Of a stretch of 64,000 nt of DNA, positions 60,723 to 64,000 are shown one piece after another. Position 1 is the stretch's first letter; the number at the start of each line of letters is the position of its first letter. The notes under the pieces are model-generated. The model searched no databases. It worked only from the letters and a program-made list of their open reading frames with translations, and was not told the origin of the DNA. This DNA is from Clostridiaceae bacterium (GTDB lineage: Bacteria; Bacillota; Clostridia; CAYPLH01; DUMO01), in NCBI GenBank assembly GCA_012839865.1, contig DUMO01000051.1, forward strand, positions 62,001 to 126,000. Reading direction: 5' to 3'. The position numbers were made by a program, and so were the translations under genes.

Positions 60723-61805
60723 TCACCAATAATTGTCAATAATTCCTCCACCCACGACAATGTCACCGTCATAAAAAACAACAGACTGCCCTGGAGTTAT
60801 GGCGCGTTGCGCGTCTTCAAACACTACTTTTACTTTGTCTTCCTCCAAAGGATAAACCATGGCAGGAGCCTCTTTCGCTGAATACCTGATCTTTGCTTTA
60901 ACTGAAATCGGTTCTGTTAATTTATCAATTGAAATAAAGTTGAGACTGCTTGCAATGAGAGTATCTTTAAAAACATCAGACTCTTCTCCAAGTATTACCC
61001 TGTTGTTCCCAACGTCTATATCCAGAACGTAAACAGGCTTGCCAAGGGCTATGCCAAGCCCTTTTCTTTGCCCTATTGTATAGTGGACAATTCCTTTATG
61101 CCTTCCAAGGACATTGCCATATATATCAACAAAGTCTCCCTCTTTAACATTGCAATTGGTGTTTTCCAAAATAATCCGGCCATAATCATTGTCTTCAACA
61201 AAACATATTTCCTGGCTGTCGGGCTTTGAAGCAACCGAAACAAGGTTCAGCTTTGCTGCAATTTCCCTGATTTCATCTTTTGAAGAAAACTTGCCATTGG
61301 GCATCAGGGTATGGGATAACTGTTCCTGGGTAAGGTTGTACAGCACATAAGACTGGTCCTTTTTAAGCGAAAGGGACTTTTTCAACAGAAATCTGCCAAG
61401 GGAACTGTCATACTCAATTCTTGCGTAATGCCCGGTTGCAACGTATTCGACACCCATTGCCAGTGCTTTTTTCAGAAGCGCCTCAAATTTTACATACCTG
61501 TTGCATGCAATGCAGGGATTTGGCGTTCTGCCTTTCAAATACTCATTTTTGAAGTATTCAACCACTTTTTCAGAGAAAATTTCTTCAAAGTTCATCACGT
61601 AATAGGGTATACCCAGCTGGTTGGCCACTCTTCTTGCATCTTCCACAGCATATAAAGAACAGCAGCCTCCTTCACGATCCTGGGCTCCAGGCCACAGCTT
61701 CATGGTAACACCGATTACTTCATATCCTTCCTGTAAAAGAAGAGCGGCAGCTACTGAACTATCAACCCCACCGCTCATTCCGACAATAACTTTTTTTTTA
61801 TTCAT
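60723..61805 (-). CDS. mnmA: tRNA 2-thiouridine(34) synthase MnmA
   Basis: [49 protein letters not shown]. Confidence 0.98.
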   Translation of the reverse strand: MNKKKVIVGMSGGVDSSVAAALLLQEGYEVIGVTMKLWPGAQDREGGCCSLYAVEDARRVANQLGIPYYVMNFEEIFSEKVVEYFKNEYLKGRTPNPCIACNRYVKFEALLKKALAMGVEYVATGHYARIEYDSSLGRFLLKKSLSLKKDQSYVLYNLTQEQLSHTLMPNGKFSSKDEIREIAAKLNLVSVASKPDSQEICFVEDNDYGRIILENTNCNVKEGDFVDIYGNVLGRHKGIVHYTIGQRKGLGIALGKPVYVLDIDVGNNRVILGEESDVFKDTLIASSLNFISIDKLTEPISVKAKIRYSAKEAPAMVYPLEEDKVKVVFEDAQRAITPGQSVVFYDGDIVVGGGIIDNYW

Positions 61806-61992
61806 ATCTGACTTCCCTGGTTAAATTTTTTGCATTTTATCATGTGCAATATATAAAACACTGTAAAGAACCGAAAGAATACTACTAAAAATCGTCTTAG
61901 GTAAATCTTTTAACTGTCTTTTTGCATACCGGTAATAAACCTATGCCTTAAAATATCATTATCATTTGATTGCGAAAATACTATTAATCTTT

Positions 61993-62433
61993 TCAGTCCT
62001 TATGCAGGTGCTCAATATCTTCACATCGTCTGCCGCAGGAAGTTGTCTTATTGTCGCCTGTTTCACCATTCTTTTTTCTCATATAATCTTCAAGAGCAGC
62101 TTTTATTGCTTCCTCTGCCAGATTGGAGCAGTGCATCTTAACAGGCGGCAGCCCGTCAAGGGCGTCAGCAACGGCTTTGTTTGTGATAGCCAGTGCTTCT
62201 TCAATGGTTTTACCTTTAATAAGTTCCGTTGCCATACTGCTTGTGGCCACTGCAGCGCCGCAGCCAAAAGTTTTGAATTTGGCATCCACAATAATATTAT
62301 TTTCTATTTTCAGGCTCATTTTCATTATGTCGCCGCATTTTGGATTGCCAACCTGACCTACGCCATCCGCATCTTCAATTTCTCCTACGTTTCTCGGATT
62401 CATGAAATGATCCATAACTTTCTCACTATACAT
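61993..62433 (-). CDS. iscU: Fe-S cluster scaffold NifU/IscU
   Basis: YSEKVMDHF.NPRNVG, GNPKCGD, FGCGAA.A, KMHCS; ATG 62433 follows GAAGGA. Confidence 0.96.
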   Translation of the reverse strand: MYSEKVMDHFMNPRNVGEIEDADGVGQVGNPKCGDIMKMSLKIENNIIVDAKFKTFGCGAAVATSSMATELIKGKTIEEALAITNKAVADALDGLPPVKMHCSNLAEEAIKAALEDYMRKKNGETGDNKTTSCGRRCEDIEHLHKD

Positions 62434-62449
62434 TCTCAATTCCTTCTTT

Positions 62450-62536
62450 CTACTTTAGGTACAATAGGGATATTCTTTTATTAGTTTACATACAATGGGG
62501 ACATTCTTTTCTTACTTTACATACAATGGGGACATT
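62450..62536 (-). repeat. 31-nt tandem repeat (~2.8 copies) derived from the nifS 3' end
   Basis: + strand units start at 62450, 62481 and 62512 (YTASTTTAC/GRTACAATRGGGAYATT). Confidence 0.85.
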
Positions 62537-63678
62537 TGTCTCAACCTTTCCACTATGGGAGGCAACTTCTGCATGAGGTAGTCAATATCCTCATTTGTAT
62601 TATCCTCTCCAAAAGTAAGCCTTAACGAACCATGTGCAATTTCATGAGGTAAACCGATTGCCAGGAGCACATGGGACGGATCCAATGAACCGGAAGTGCA
62701 TGCAGAGCCGCTTGAAGCTGCAATTCCTACCATATCCAGCATCAGCAACAGTGATTCACCCTCAATGAATTCGAATGAAAAATTTACATTTCCGGGAAGT
62801 CTTTTTGTCGGGTGCCCGTTAAGTCTTACATAAGGTACCTTTTCCATAACTTCCTTAATAGCTTTGTCCCGAAGCTCAATAAGCTTTTTATTTTTTGCTT
62901 CCATATTGTTTGTTGCAATTTCAATTGCCTTGCCCAAGCCAACTATTCCTGCAACATTCTCGGTACTTGCCCGTCTTCCTTTTTCCTGGGCTCCTCCATG
63001 TATAAAGGATGTAATTTTTACTCCTTTTCTTACATAAAGGGCTCCTACACCTTTAGGACCGTAAAACTTGTGTGCTGACATGGACAGAAGGTCAATACCC
63101 ATTTTTTCGACATTGATGGGTATATTTCCTATAGCCTGTACCGCATCGGTGTGAAAATATATGCCTTTTTCCTTTGTAATTTTAGCAATTTCTTCTATTG
63201 GTTGAACAGTGCCAATTTCATTATTGGCAAACATTATTGAAACCAGAATTGTATTCGGTTTGACAGCATCCCTTACCTGTTCGGGAGTAACCAGTCCGTA
63301 TTCATCAACAGGAAGATACGTTACTTCAAATCCGTCACTTTCAAGGTACTGGCATGTATGGAGTACCGCATGATGCTCTATGGCCGTTGTTATTATATGA
63401 TTTCCCCTGGCCCTGTTTGCATAAGCCACTCCCTTTATAGCCCAATTGTCGGCTTCAGTCCCTGAGCCTGTGAAAAATATTTCATTTGCCTGTGACCCGA
63501 TAGCCAATGCCACTTTATCCCTGGCTTCATCTATTGCCTTTTTGCTTTCCCTGCCAATAGAATATATGGTGGAAGGGTTTCCGTACTTTTCATTAAAAAA
63601 GGGCAGCATTGCTTCCAAAACTTCAGGCTTTACAAACGTTGTCGCAGCGTGATCCAAGTAAATAAATTTTTTATCCAT
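62512..63678 (-). CDS. iscS: Cysteine desulfurase NifS/IscS
   Basis: YLDHAATT, GSGTEADN, NNEIGT, SAHKFYGPKG (PLP Lys), SSGSACTSGS. Confidence 0.97.
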   Translation of the reverse strand: MDKKFIYLDHAATTFVKPEVLEAMLPFFNEKYGNPSTIYSIGRESKKAIDEARDKVALAIGSQANEIFFTGSGTEADNWAIKGVAYANRARGNHIITTAIEHHAVLHTCQYLESDGFEVTYLPVDEYGLVTPEQVRDAVKPNTILVSIMFANNEIGTVQPIEEIAKITKEKGIYFHTDAVQAIGNIPINVEKMGIDLLSMSAHKFYGPKGVGALYVRKGVKITSFIHGGAQEKGRRASTENVAGIVGLGKAIEIATNNMEAKNKKLIELRDKAIKEVMEKVPYVRLNGHPTKRLPGNVNFSFEFIEGESLLLMLDMVGIAASSGSACTSGSLDPSHVLLAIGLPHEIAHGSLRLTFGEDNTNEDIDYLMQKLPPIVERLRQMSPLYVK

Positions 63679-63819
63679 TTTCTATCTCCTTAACAGTTAA
63701 TAGATAAACTCTTTTATATATTATGGTTTGTTTTTGAAAAATCACAAAGCAATTATTTCATTATATTTTATTCCCTGAATACCATCTTTTAAACACAATT
63801 TCGAGTAATTTAGTAGGAA

Positions 63820-64000
63820 TTATTTTTTCTCATTCTTTTGAATCTTATCAACCAGATCCTTTAAAGTTACCGTATCGATTACACTGTTGATGCTGTCTCG
63901 TATTTTAAGCCACAAGTCTCTGGTGACGCATTCTTCCGACTGCCCGCATATAAAGGGACTATCTTCGCTTACACAATCAACCGGCGCTAAAGAACCTTCC
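63820..64000 (-). CDS. Rrf2 family regulator (IscR/CymR-like), 5'-partial; missing from ORF track
   Basis: Manual translation EGSLAPVDCVSEDSPFICGQSEECVTRDLWLKIRDSINSVIDTVTLKDLV...KK*; three Cys; upstream of nifS-nifU. Confidence 0.88.
   Translation of the reverse strand, partial: EGSLAPVDCVSEDSPFICGQSEECVTRDLWLKIRDSINSVIDTVTLKDLVDKIQKNEKK

Overview
Chromosomal window of a low-GC, spore-forming Bacillota (Clostridia-like; lineage inferred from gene content and order only). Mostly core genes: rpsO-pnp-spoVFA/B-tepA-ylzJ-spoIIIE/ftsK, rny-ymdB-spoVS, lspA-rluD, rplS-lepB-rbgA-rnhB-fliK-like-flhB-like-yraN, cotJABC, abrB, a XerC-like recombinase, and Rrf2-nifS-nifU-mnmA at the right edge. No rRNA, tRNA, CRISPR array, cas gene or transposase was recognised. 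The main accessory block (about 34.5-48.5 kb) holds two large paralogous secreted proteins, each with a heparinase II/III-like lyase module, two copies of a ~160-aa module and a DNRLRE/CBM96-like domain. The first is preceded by a 1.35-kb ORF-free region with a long hairpin and a ten-copy degenerate ~38-nt array. A second, apparently related array lies 4 kb upstream. Other oddities: a sigma-54 homologue lacking its RpoN box, a cargo-less large serine recombinase, and a ~200-nt palindromic element. The ORF track missed or mis-delimited three genes: yraN (apparent ATC start), a metallophosphoesterase (TGA at a conserved Gly) and the second lyase (SD-linked start out of frame across an A7 tract). 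These lesions could be biological or assembly errors. All family calls are by motif recognition, not database search.
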